A stretch of DNA of 64,000 nucleotides from Candidatus Multivoradales bacterium. Its GTDB lineage: Bacteria; Acidobacteriota; Thermoanaerobaculia; Multivoradales; Multivoraceae. The notes under the pieces are model-generated. The model was not told where the DNA came from, made no database searches, and saw only the letters and a program-made list of their open reading frames with translations. The first letter of the stretch is position 1. Each line of letters begins with the position of its first letter. Below, piece by piece: positions 15,113-24,195 of the stretch. Location of the stretch: contig CBDCWI010000002.1 in NCBI GenBank assembly GCA_965223325.1, positions 4,160,001 to 4,224,000 of the forward strand, written 5' to 3'. The position numbers and the translations under genes are program-made.

Positions 15113-16087
15113 CTACCTCTTGCGGGCCAGCAGTCGGAAGACGTTTCGATCGATCCATCGCTCGGCGCGTTCATGATCGGGGAAGCGTCGTTCGAGGGCG
15201 CGGAAGGCTGGTGGGTGCACGCAGCGGCGACCTCCCTGTTTCTGGGTAGGTATGACGACATGGAGAAGCTCGTGCCATACCACCGCCGCGACGACGTATT
15301 CAGGAACCGCTGGTTGATCGAGAATGGGATGAATACGGATAACGCCGTCACTCGGAATGAAGGCTCCGAGTTGCACGCTGCGGATGCGGCGCGAGCGGCG
15401 CGTTCTCCCACGTCCCCAGCCGATGGGGATTTCGGCTAGCCGTTCCCGGAGCTCTCTGTCAGCGTTGGTCTGGGAGTCCTCGGAACCGGCACCGGGCCGA
15501 GACCGATCGCGGGAGACCTCGTGCGACAGAAGGTCGAGCAGGTTGGCGCGAATCTCGTCGAGGTGGTGGGTCCGGCCTCGTGCCTCCAGCACAACGGTGC
15601 GGGCCCTGCTCACCAGGCCTTCTGCGGCGATGCGCTCTTCGTCCGTTACTGCCTTTTCGAAGAACTGCTGCACAGAGATGTGGTCCCGCTTGCTGGCTCC
15701 TCCCGTCACGATCGCAACCAGCGCCGCCAGGGTGTCGTCTTCGCATTCGGCAAAGAGTCGTTGGGCGCGCACGTCGATCGTGCGGCGCAGTCTCCGAATC
15801 CTGGACTGCCCGGGCGTGTAGCGGGCCGAAATCAGAGTCGACCGGTTGCGGGTCAGGGTCAGCCTGCCGAGACGTCCACCGAGGGCCTGACGGAGGCGTG
15901 CCTCGAAGTCGCGCTCGATCTGGCGCCGGTTGCGTGCCCGTTCGATGCGCGCTACTGGATCGTCCTCAGATCGTATGGCGGGCACCTCCACCCACAGATC
16001 GAGTTCGAGCTGCTCTCCGGCCGCAGAACTCCCGGTCTCGCGCCAGCGATCGGTGTCTTCTGCCGTTCCTTCCTGCGAATTCGGCAT
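15113..16087 (-). CDS. M48/SprT-like (YgjP-like) zinc metallopeptidase
   Basis: IRIHPILD...VVWHELLH...HPPAFRALERRFP. Confidence 0.8.
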   Translation of the reverse strand: MPNSQEGTAEDTDRWRETGSSAAGEQLELDLWVEVPAIRSEDDPVARIERARNRRQIERDFEARLRQALGGRLGRLTLTRNRSTLISARYTPGQSRIRRLRRTIDVRAQRLFAECEDDTLAALVAIVTGGASKRDHISVQQFFEKAVTDEERIAAEGLVSRARTVVLEARGRTHHLDEIRANLLDLLSHEVSRDRSRPGAGSEDSQTNADRELRERLAEIPIGWGRGRTRRSRRIRSVQLGAFIPSDGVIRIHPILDQPAVPEYVVAAVVWHELLHVVIPTQKQGGRRCVHPPAFRALERRFPDHERAERWIDRNVFRLLARKR

Positions 16088-16208
16088 TCGTCGAGCGATC
16101 TCCAGCGGAAGTAGAGGGTGGACGGTCTTTGGAGGCGCCTCCGATCCTACAGGGCCGTTGGCTTCGAGAACACGAGGGATAGAAGGCGCTTCGGCAGCCG
16201 AAACAGGG

Positions 16209-16793
16209 GTGCTAACCTTCGCTCCGATCTTGCGACTAACACACTTTCTCTTTGCAATCCTGCTGGTGCTTTGCGCAGTGGTGATCTGGATGTCCGCCGT
16301 GCCGGTGCCCGATGGTCCGACCGGTTGGGAACATCCCGACTATCCGGGCATGCGCCTCGGCGGAGAGGGCGAGGCGCGCTTTGAAACGATTGCGGCGCCG
16401 GCCTTTGCCTACGGCGTCTTGACGATCGTCTTCTTCGTCAGTCTGCTCGGCCTGGCGCTTCGTCCCAACCGTCGTCGTGCAGCCTTCCCTTGGTTGGCCG
16501 GGGGCGGGGCGCTTTGTGTGGCGGTGTTCATCGCTTTGATGACCTCCTACCGCAACTTTGCCGCCGACCGGGGAATGGGTGACTTTGTGCTGGGCTTTCC
16601 ACAGCCCAGCGCCATCATGCTCTATCTGCTGTGGCCGGTACCGCTGGTCTTCATGGCGCTCTACCTCTACTACTTCGACCGCTGGATCTGGTCGGCGGAG
16701 GACGAAGAGAAGTTCGCTGAACTCGCGGTGCGCGGGCGCGAACTCCGGATGGCCAGCCTGACCGGAACCCGAAACCCTGAGGACGACGCGTAG
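16209..16793 (+). CDS. Membrane protein, probably partnered with the symporter
   Basis: 4 TM segments; abuts the SSS gene; start uncertain. Confidence 0.7.
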   Translation: MLTFAPILRLTHFLFAILLVLCAVVIWMSAVPVPDGPTGWEHPDYPGMRLGGEGEARFETIAAPAFAYGVLTIVFFVSLLGLALRPNRRRAAFPWLAGGGALCVAVFIALMTSYRNFAADRGMGDFVLGFPQPSAIMLYLLWPVPLVFMALYLYYFDRWIWSAEDEEKFAELAVRGRELRMASLTGTRNPEDDA

Positions 16794-18275
16794 ATGGATC
16801 TCTTCGCGTTGCGCTCTGAAGTGGTGCTGTTTTGTGTCGGCGTCTACTTTGCGGTTTGCATCGGGGTGGGCATCTGGGCGCTGCGCCGCACCAAGTCGAC
16901 GCACGACTTCTTCATGGCCGGCCGAGACCTCGGCATCATGGTCACGGCGCTGGCGATCTTCTCGAGCACGCTGTCGGGCTTTGGCTTCGTCGGTGGACCG
17001 GGGTTGGTCTACTCGTTGGGCATGAGCTCGCTGTGGATGGTCGTGTGTGCGAGCTTTGGATACGTCATCGCCTTCTACCTGTTGGCCAAGCGCTTGCGCG
17101 TGTTTGCCGAGGTGCGCGAGTCGATTTCTCTTCCCGATGCGGTCGCGGCGCGCTACTCGAGTGAAGGTGCGCGGTTCTTCACTGCGCTTGCCATTCTGCT
17201 CGGGGTCATGGGCTATCTGGCGACGCAGATTCTCGCCATGGCGACGGTCCTGCAAGACATCCTGCAGCGCATCATCGGGCCGTTGTCGATTGAACTCTGC
17301 GTGGCGGCTTCGGTTGCAGTCCTGGTGTTCTACTGTGTTACTGGTGGCATCATCGCCTCGGTCTACACCGATCTGATTCAAGGCATCGTGATGATGTTCG
17401 CCGCGGTTCTGGTGCTGTTCGCGGCTGTCGCTGCCGTCGAGGGCGGCTTCGGTGGGATGAGTGAAGTCATTCGCTCTGATGATCCGGAAGCCATTGGGCC
17501 GTGGGGTACGGCGGGGGTCGTGGGCGCACTGTCGTGGTACTTCGTCTTCGGTCTCGGACTCGCCGGCCAGCCGCACATCGTCACCAAGATGATGATGAGC
17601 CGGCGAGTGAGTGACGCGCGCTACGTACTGCCGATTTCGATCGCCGCCTACAGTGTCTCGGCGCTCTTGTGGATCAGTGTTGGCCTGGCAATGCGCAGCC
17701 TCGTGCTCGGTGGCCAGCACGCGGCTCTCGACAAGGCCGATGCCGCCGCGCCGGCTTTCCTCCAGGCCTATGCCCATCCGATTCTCGCCGGCGTAGTGTT
17801 CGCGGGCCTTCTGGCAGCGATCATGTCGACGGCCGACGGTTTCCTCAATATCGGTGCCGCGGCAGTGGTGCACGACATTCCAATGGCATTCGGGCGCTCG
17901 ATTCGTAACGAGCTGCTGGCTGCCCGTTCGGCAACGGTGGTGATTGCTGTGGTGGCGGCGCTGTTCGCGCTCTATGCCGATGACATGGTGGCGCTGCTCG
18001 GTGCTTTCGGGTGGGGCACCTTTGCGGCGGCGCTGGTGCCGGTGGTGGCGATTGGTTTCAACTGGAAACGGGCAACAGCTAATGCGGCGATCGCCGCCAT
18101 CGTCGCCAGCCTGGTGGTCAACTTCGCCATTCGGCAGTACTCGATCCCGGTGCCGTTCGGTATTGACGGCGGGGCGGTAGCGCTCTTGATCTCGTTGACG
18201 CTGTTCTTCGGGATCTCACTGCTCTCGAAACCGCCGGAGTTGCCGGCGGACGTCGAGGCGGTGCTGGACCTCTAG
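16794..18275 (+). CDS. Sodium:solute symporter (PutP/PanF-like)
   Basis: DFFMAGR, SGFGFVGGPG, GG..ASVYTDLIQG, AAIMSTAD. Confidence 0.92.
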   Translation: MDLFALRSEVVLFCVGVYFAVCIGVGIWALRRTKSTHDFFMAGRDLGIMVTALAIFSSTLSGFGFVGGPGLVYSLGMSSLWMVVCASFGYVIAFYLLAKRLRVFAEVRESISLPDAVAARYSSEGARFFTALAILLGVMGYLATQILAMATVLQDILQRIIGPLSIELCVAASVAVLVFYCVTGGIIASVYTDLIQGIVMMFAAVLVLFAAVAAVEGGFGGMSEVIRSDDPEAIGPWGTAGVVGALSWYFVFGLGLAGQPHIVTKMMMSRRVSDARYVLPISIAAYSVSALLWISVGLAMRSLVLGGQHAALDKADAAAPAFLQAYAHPILAGVVFAGLLAAIMSTADGFLNIGAAAVVHDIPMAFGRSIRNELLAARSATVVIAVVAALFALYADDMVALLGAFGWGTFAAALVPVVAIGFNWKRATANAAIAAIVASLVVNFAIRQYSIPVPFGIDGGAVALLISLTLFFGISLLSKPPELPADVEAVLDL

Positions 18276-18311
18276 GTCCGCGTTCTTACAATCGACAGAT
18301 AGGAGATCAGG

Positions 18312-19163
18312 ATGGGCCTACTCGACGGCAAGGTGGCGATCATCACGGGTGGCGGAAACGGAATCGGCCGGGAGCACTGCCTTCTCATGGCAGCGCAAGG
18401 GGCCCACATCGTGGTCAATGACCCGGGTGGCGCGCGTGACGGCACGGGCAGTGACGACGTCGCCGACGCGGTGGTCAAAGAGATCGAAGCGCTCGGTCAG
18501 AAGGCGGTTGCCAACAAAGATGCGGTGGGCACCTTCGAGAGCGCCGAGGCGATCATCAAAACAGCGGTCGATGCGTTCGGGCGCGTTGACATTCTGGTCA
18601 ACAACGCAGGGATTCTGCGCGATCGCACCATTCTCAAGATGAGTCCCGACGAGTGGAACGCCGTCGTCGACGTCCACCTTTTGGGCACCTTCTCCTGCCT
18701 GCAGGCAGCTGCCCGCCAGATGGTCGAGCAGGGTGGCGGTGGTCGCATCATCAACACCAGCTCGAGCTCGGGCCTGCTCGGCAACTTCGGCCAGTCGAAC
18801 TATGGTGCGGCGAAGGCCGGGATTCACGCCTTGACCCGCATTGCCGCCTGGGAGTTCGCCAAGCATCGAATCACCGTCAATGCTCTTGCGCCCAACGCCT
18901 TGACCCGCATGACCGAGGACCTGCCGGGAATCCAGGCGGGTGGCTATACCGAGGAGAACATGGGGCCGCAGTACATGGCGCCGATCGTTTGCTGGCTGGC
19001 CTCCGACGAGGCTGCCGCGGTAACCGGGCAGACCTTCGGCGCCGACGGCAACCATCTCTTCACCTACAAGATGATGACCAGCCACGGCGTCACCAAGCGT
19101 TCCGGAGGGCCTTGGGATCCGACGACCCTCGGGCCAATGATGGACCGCATCGTTTCCTGGTAG
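18312..19163 (+). CDS. SDR family oxidoreductase
   Basis: TGGGNGIG, NNAG, YGAAK. Confidence 0.93.
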   Translation: MGLLDGKVAIITGGGNGIGREHCLLMAAQGAHIVVNDPGGARDGTGSDDVADAVVKEIEALGQKAVANKDAVGTFESAEAIIKTAVDAFGRVDILVNNAGILRDRTILKMSPDEWNAVVDVHLLGTFSCLQAAARQMVEQGGGGRIINTSSSSGLLGNFGQSNYGAAKAGIHALTRIAAWEFAKHRITVNALAPNALTRMTEDLPGIQAGGYTEENMGPQYMAPIVCWLASDEAAAVTGQTFGADGNHLFTYKMMTSHGVTKRSGGPWDPTTLGPMMDRIVSW

Positions 19164-19229
19164 CCCCCCGGTGAAACGCGGGAGTTGAGCGACCCGGCCA
19201 CCGACGGCTCGGAGGCCGGCTCTCAATGC

Positions 19230-19577
19230 CTACTTGATGAGCCGCATCGTGTAGGGGTAGCGGTAGGTGACACCTTCGTTGGCCTTTACTCCGCCGATGA
19301 TAGTGAAGATCAGGGCACCGATCGCCAGGATCGGGAGCAGAATGAAGCCAACCAGAACGATCATCAACAGGGCTGCGACGAGAATCGCCAGGCTGGCGGT
19401 GATCTGAAAGTTCAGCGACTCGCGCCCCTGGTCGTCTACGAACGGCATCTCGTCCTTCTTGAGCAGCCAGATCACCAACGGGCCAATGATGTTTCCGAAC
19501 GGAATAACGAATCCAGAGAGCGCCGCGAGATGGGCGAACATCGCCCATTGGCGTTGGTCGGCAGCGACTTCATTCAT
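19230..19577 (-). CDS. DUF4870 membrane protein
   Basis: WAMFAHL...GPLVIWLLKKD...QGRESLNFQIT...YRYP. Confidence 0.9.
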   Translation of the reverse strand: MNEVAADQRQWAMFAHLAALSGFVIPFGNIIGPLVIWLLKKDEMPFVDDQGRESLNFQITASLAILVAALLMIVLVGFILLPILAIGALIFTIIGGVKANEGVTYRYPYTMRLIK

Positions 19578-19810
19578 GTCGACTCCTTTTGACTTCGAGG
19601 TGTAGGCGCTCGGTGGCGGTCTGGTGCCCGAAAGAGCAGCGCTACCGCGCATGGGCCCCGGCCGGCTGATCCTATCCTGCTGCCTCTCTGCTACCCTGAC
19701 TTTTCGCCACTTCCGACCGAACACCCACCGAGACACCCACCCTTCTCGCCCGCCGGCCTCTCCTGGCTGAGCTTCGGATTCGGCAGGCCTGAAGGAGGAG
19801 GAACAGCACC

Positions 19811-22108
19811 ATGGCACCCTCATTCCTGGTCACACGAACACAGAGACCCGCGCGGCGAACCCTCACGGCTCTAGGGGCTATCTGCGGCGCGCTGTTGCTT
19901 GCCGGTTGCGACCAAGAGGCCTTGCATGTTGCAGGCAAGGCACCCGCACCTGCCGTTGACTCGGCCGAGGAGCTGGCAGCCGCGGTCACGATCTATCGCG
20001 ACGAGTGGGGTGTCCCGCACGTCTACGGCCCGACCGACGCGAGTGTCGTTTTCGGGTTCGTCTACGCACAGGCGGAAGACAACTACTGGCAGATCGAAGA
20101 CTCGATGATCCAGGCCCTCGGTCGGTCGGCCGAGGTCTACGGCGAAGCCACCCTTGGCGCCGATCTGCTCAACCGGTCGCTCGAGATCGTGGCACTTTCG
20201 AAAGCGGAGTGGGAGCGCTCCCCGGCCCACATGCAGGACCTGGCTCGCGCCGGTGCAACCGCGCTCAACCACTACCTGGCGACCAGCGGCACGGATTCGC
20301 GCCTGATCGAAACCTGGGAACCGTGGCACTTTGCCGCCTGGTCCCGCTTTGCGGTCTACCAGTTGTTCGTCTTCAACCGTGCTCGCCTGAAGCAGGAAGA
20401 GATGCAAGCGGCGGTTCATCCGCTCGAGAAGGTCGCGCAGGCAATGCCCGAAGAGGCGCCGGTCGGTTGGAGCGCCCACCGCGGCCCCCTGCTGGCCGAA
20501 GCAGCGGCGGTCACCGGCTCGAACATGTGGGCGGTGACTCCAGAGCGCAGCGAGACAGGCAACGCCCTCTTGTTCATCAACCCGCACCAGCCCTACTTTG
20601 GCCCCGGCCAGTGGACCGAGGGCCATGTGCACTCCGACGAAGGCCTGCACTTTTCGGGTGCTGGGTTCTTTGGAAGTCTCCTGCCGACCATCGGCCACAA
20701 CGAGCACCTGGGCTGGTCGCACACGGTGAACGCACCCGACATCGTCGACGTCTTTGAACTCGTCTTCGACGATCCAGAGCGTCCCGACCACTACCGCTTC
20801 GGCGACGAGTACCGCCCGGTCACCACCTGGACCGATACGGTCTCGGTCCTCACGGACAACGGTCTCGAAGCGCGCGAGTTCGAATTCCGCAGAACCCACC
20901 ACGGTCCGATCGTTGGCGTTCGCGACGGCAAGCCGCTGGCGGTGCGGATGGCGAAGTTCGAAGACGGTGGGCGCACCGAGCAGTACTACCGAATGGCCAG
21001 GGCGCGCAACCTCGACGAGTGGAAGAGCGCGATGTCGATGACTTCGCAGCCAATGTTCAACACCGTCTATGCCGATACCGGCGGCAACATTTTCTACGTC
21101 TACAACGGCGCCGTGCCGGTGCGTGATCCGTCGCATGACTGGTCGAAGCCGGTCGATGGTAGCGACCCTACGACGGATTGGCAGGGCTACCACTCCTTCG
21201 ATGAGCTGCCGCAGATCACGAACCCGTCGTCGGGCTACCTACAGAACTGTAATGCGACTCCGTTCCTGGCGTCAGCCGAGGGTGACAATCCAGACCCAGA
21301 TGACTTCCCTGCGTACATGGTCTCGGAAGACGACAACAACCGTTCGCGCATGTCGCGGCGCATTCTCGAGAGCGAGGAACAGTTTTCCTGGGAGGAATGG
21401 CAGCGCTACACCTTCGACACCCATGTGATCGAGGCCGAGACGACGATCCCTGAGCTGCGCGCAGCGATCGACAGCCGCCCGATCGAGGCCGGCAAACGCA
21501 AGCGGCTGGTCGAAGCGCTCGAACATCTCGAGGCGTGGGATCGGGTGAGCACGATCGACTCAACCGAGATGACGCTCTACTACGTCTGGCGCAACAACCA
21601 GCAGCGTGGCGGGATCAAAGACCCGGTCGATGCGCTTGCCGCCGCACTCCCCATGCTCGAAGCCGGCGGTTCCGGTTGGAAGGTCCCCTGGGGCGAGCTC
21701 AACCGCCTGCAGCGTCGCCATACCAGTGGTACCGAGCCGTTCGACGACGCAGTCGAAAGCCTGCCGGTTGCCGGTGGGCCGGGCAACCCGTTCGGCATCA
21801 TCTTCAACTTCTATTCACGCCCCGAAGAGGGGCAGAAGCGCCAGTACGGAGTCGCCGGGCACTCCTACGTTTCCGTCGTTGACATGTCGAAAGACGACCT
21901 GCGTGCCAAGTCGATCCTGGTTTTTGGCCAGAACTCCGACCCCGGTTCGCCCAATTGGTTCGATCAGAGCCGCCTGTTCGCCGAGCAGCAGTACAAGCCT
22001 GCCTGGTTCAATCGCGACGAGGTCGAGGCCAACACCGTGCGCTCGTACCACCCTGGTGAGGCACCCGAGGCGCATGGAATCGGCGACCCCGCGACCGGCG
22101 GTCCATGA
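19811..22108 (+). CDS. Penicillin acylase family (Ntn hydrolase) lipoprotein
   Basis: RDEWGVPHVY, GSNMWAV (beta-chain Ser), NPHQP; LAGC lipobox. Confidence 0.93.
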   Translation: MAPSFLVTRTQRPARRTLTALGAICGALLLAGCDQEALHVAGKAPAPAVDSAEELAAAVTIYRDEWGVPHVYGPTDASVVFGFVYAQAEDNYWQIEDSMIQALGRSAEVYGEATLGADLLNRSLEIVALSKAEWERSPAHMQDLARAGATALNHYLATSGTDSRLIETWEPWHFAAWSRFAVYQLFVFNRARLKQEEMQAAVHPLEKVAQAMPEEAPVGWSAHRGPLLAEAAAVTGSNMWAVTPERSETGNALLFINPHQPYFGPGQWTEGHVHSDEGLHFSGAGFFGSLLPTIGHNEHLGWSHTVNAPDIVDVFELVFDDPERPDHYRFGDEYRPVTTWTDTVSVLTDNGLEAREFEFRRTHHGPIVGVRDGKPLAVRMAKFEDGGRTEQYYRMARARNLDEWKSAMSMTSQPMFNTVYADTGGNIFYVYNGAVPVRDPSHDWSKPVDGSDPTTDWQGYHSFDELPQITNPSSGYLQNCNATPFLASAEGDNPDPDDFPAYMVSEDDNNRSRMSRRILESEEQFSWEEWQRYTFDTHVIEAETTIPELRAAIDSRPIEAGKRKRLVEALEHLEAWDRVSTIDSTEMTLYYVWRNNQQRGGIKDPVDALAAALPMLEAGGSGWKVPWGELNRLQRRHTSGTEPFDDAVESLPVAGGPGNPFGIIFNFYSRPEEGQKRQYGVAGHSYVSVVDMSKDDLRAKSILVFGQNSDPGSPNWFDQSRLFAEQQYKPAWFNRDEVEANTVRSYHPGEAPEAHGIGDPATGGP

Positions 22109-23535
22109 CTCGTTGCCTGCTGGCGGCACTCGTTCCAGGCGTGCTGCTTGCGGTGAGTGTCGGATCGTCTGGTTGTCAGTCACCGGAGCATGAACCCACC
22201 ACCGCTCCGACAGCGGCAACCACTGCCGCATCGAACACCTCAGAGTTCATGCTCGGCGGCATTCAGATCAACGAGCCAGATGTCGAGGTCTGGCTCGATG
22301 GTCTCGAACGGGCAGGGCTGAACACCGTGTCGATGACGGTCTACGCGCGGCACGGCAAATGGAACTCTGCAGAACTCGAATGGGACCGCGACCCGAGTTG
22401 GTTGATTCCCGAGATCCGTGCGGCCAAAGCGCGCGGCATGTACGTTGTCCTCATCCCGCGCGTAGCCCTCGAGCACGCCCTGACCGAGAACCAGTTTCTC
22501 TGGCACGGGATGATCATGCCGGAGACTGACCGGGAGCTGGGGGAGTGGTTCGAGAGCTACGGCCAGTTCGTCGGCCTGTGGGCCGAAGTGGCGGAGCGTG
22601 AGGGAGTCGATCTCTTTGGCGTCGGCAGTGAGCTCAATGCCCTCGCCTCGAGCGTTCAGGTCGACGAGTTGCCGGCACTCGAGCAGTACTACCTCGATTC
22701 CGAGAAGCAGGCACGCGAGCGTGCACGCGCCGAAGCCGCTGCGAGTGAACTCGGTGCCGATTCGCTGGCCGGCAGGCTCAAGTCTGGCTGGGGGTCGACC
22801 TACGATGACCTGGGCGAGTTTCTCGACGGCCAGGGCGAGGCGCAGTTTCGCTGGGCAGAGGAGGTGACGTACGGCGGGGACCTCGGACGTTACAACCAGC
22901 GACGCTTGCTGCTCGACCGCTCCTGGCGGGAGCTGATAGCCGAGCTCCGCGAGGTCTACTCGGGCGATCTCACCTATGCCGCCAACTTTGACCAGTACTT
23001 TGCGGTCTCGTTCTGGGGTGAGCTCGATGTCATGGGGGTGAACGCCTACTTCCCGCTACGGCGTTCACTTTCGGTGCGCGACTCCGACGCCCTCTACGAA
23101 GTGTTTGTCGGCGCCTGGCGGAATGTCTTCGATGAGCTGGAGCGCTTCCGTACCGGTCTAGGTGCAGCTGAGATGCCGGTGGTGTTTACCGAACTCGGCT
23201 ATACGAGGCGGCGTGGCATGAGCATCGCGCCCTGGGCGGGAGCGGGATTCAATCTCGCCAATCTCGACGAGGGGTCTGATGGCTGGGAGAAACCCGCGGA
23301 GATGGTCGTGTGGCACAACGAACCCGAAGATGGTGCGGAACGGGTGCTTGCGGTTCGTGCGCTGTCGCATGCCGTTCGTGATCGCCCGGGTCTCCTGACG
23401 GGGCTCTTGTGGTGGAAGCTCTCGACCCTACCGGAGCAACAGGCAATCGAGGAGTTCTCACTCATTCTCGGAACCAAAGACCCACTCGAAGCCGAACTGC
23501 GCAGCTTCCGTTCGCCGGTGCCGCAGGCGCCATGA
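22105..23535 (+). CDS. Glycoside hydrolase family 113-like TIM-barrel protein
   Basis: VGSEL, LTYAANFD, GVNAYFPL, VFTELGY. Confidence 0.75.
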   Translation: MTRCLLAALVPGVLLAVSVGSSGCQSPEHEPTTAPTAATTAASNTSEFMLGGIQINEPDVEVWLDGLERAGLNTVSMTVYARHGKWNSAELEWDRDPSWLIPEIRAAKARGMYVVLIPRVALEHALTENQFLWHGMIMPETDRELGEWFESYGQFVGLWAEVAEREGVDLFGVGSELNALASSVQVDELPALEQYYLDSEKQARERARAEAAASELGADSLAGRLKSGWGSTYDDLGEFLDGQGEAQFRWAEEVTYGGDLGRYNQRRLLLDRSWRELIAELREVYSGDLTYAANFDQYFAVSFWGELDVMGVNAYFPLRRSLSVRDSDALYEVFVGAWRNVFDELERFRTGLGAAEMPVVFTELGYTRRRGMSIAPWAGAGFNLANLDEGSDGWEKPAEMVVWHNEPEDGAERVLAVRALSHAVRDRPGLLTGLLWWKLSTLPEQQAIEEFSLILGTKDPLEAELRSFRSPVPQAP

Positions 23536-24182
23536 ACGACTCCGAAGCAGCCACTGCACAGCGTGAGCTCCACGATGCGTACTGGGACCATGGTCCTCTG
23601 GTGCGTCTGGAACGGCACCTCCTCCTCGCCGGCCACCTCGCAGAGGACGTGCGCGCCGTTGGGCTGCGACTGAGCGCCCGCCTGGGGTTGCCGTTCTCGG
23701 ACACGGTCCGGTTCTCAGAGCACAAAAGTGGAATGTCGTTTGCGCGCCTTCTCAATCGCGTCGGAGAAGGGGAGCGCCGGGACGTTGAGGCACGCGCCCT
23801 GCGTTTTGCACTCACCGGTCGACCATTTGGAATCGTCGCCGTTTCGCCGCAGGCGCTTCTTGGGCGCAGCGATCGGGAGCTGGTTCGGCGGCGCGCCCAG
23901 CTGGTCGTTCTCGACCTCGACTTCGAGAGCTACCGCCGGCGGCTGGCTGTTCTCAAAGATCGTCGGCAGGTTGCCGAAGACGCGGCGCGCGCCGCGCACC
24001 TGGGTGGTGAAGTCGATCGCACGCCGCCCGCCGTGCAGGCCATCGAAACGCTCCACCGAGCGTTCCGTGAGCGCGTGCAGGCTTTCGACCAGGCGAGCTT
24101 ACGGTTCGAAGTGCGCGGTCTCGCTCCCGAGATCGTCGCCAGACGGTTGATGGAGGAGCTGCCGGCCCTTCGGTCGGCCTAG
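23532..24182 (+). CDS. Shikimate kinase-like protein (degenerate P-loop)
   Basis: LSARLGLPFSD...GMSFARL...GEGERRDVEARAL fold pattern; ATGA overlap with the upstream gene. Confidence 0.6.
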   Translation: MNDSEAATAQRELHDAYWDHGPLVRLERHLLLAGHLAEDVRAVGLRLSARLGLPFSDTVRFSEHKSGMSFARLLNRVGEGERRDVEARALRFALTGRPFGIVAVSPQALLGRSDRELVRRRAQLVVLDLDFESYRRRLAVLKDRRQVAEDAARAAHLGGEVDRTPPAVQAIETLHRAFRERVQAFDQASLRFEVRGLAPEIVARRLMEELPALRSA

Positions 24183-24195
24183 TTGTTGCCGTCCG

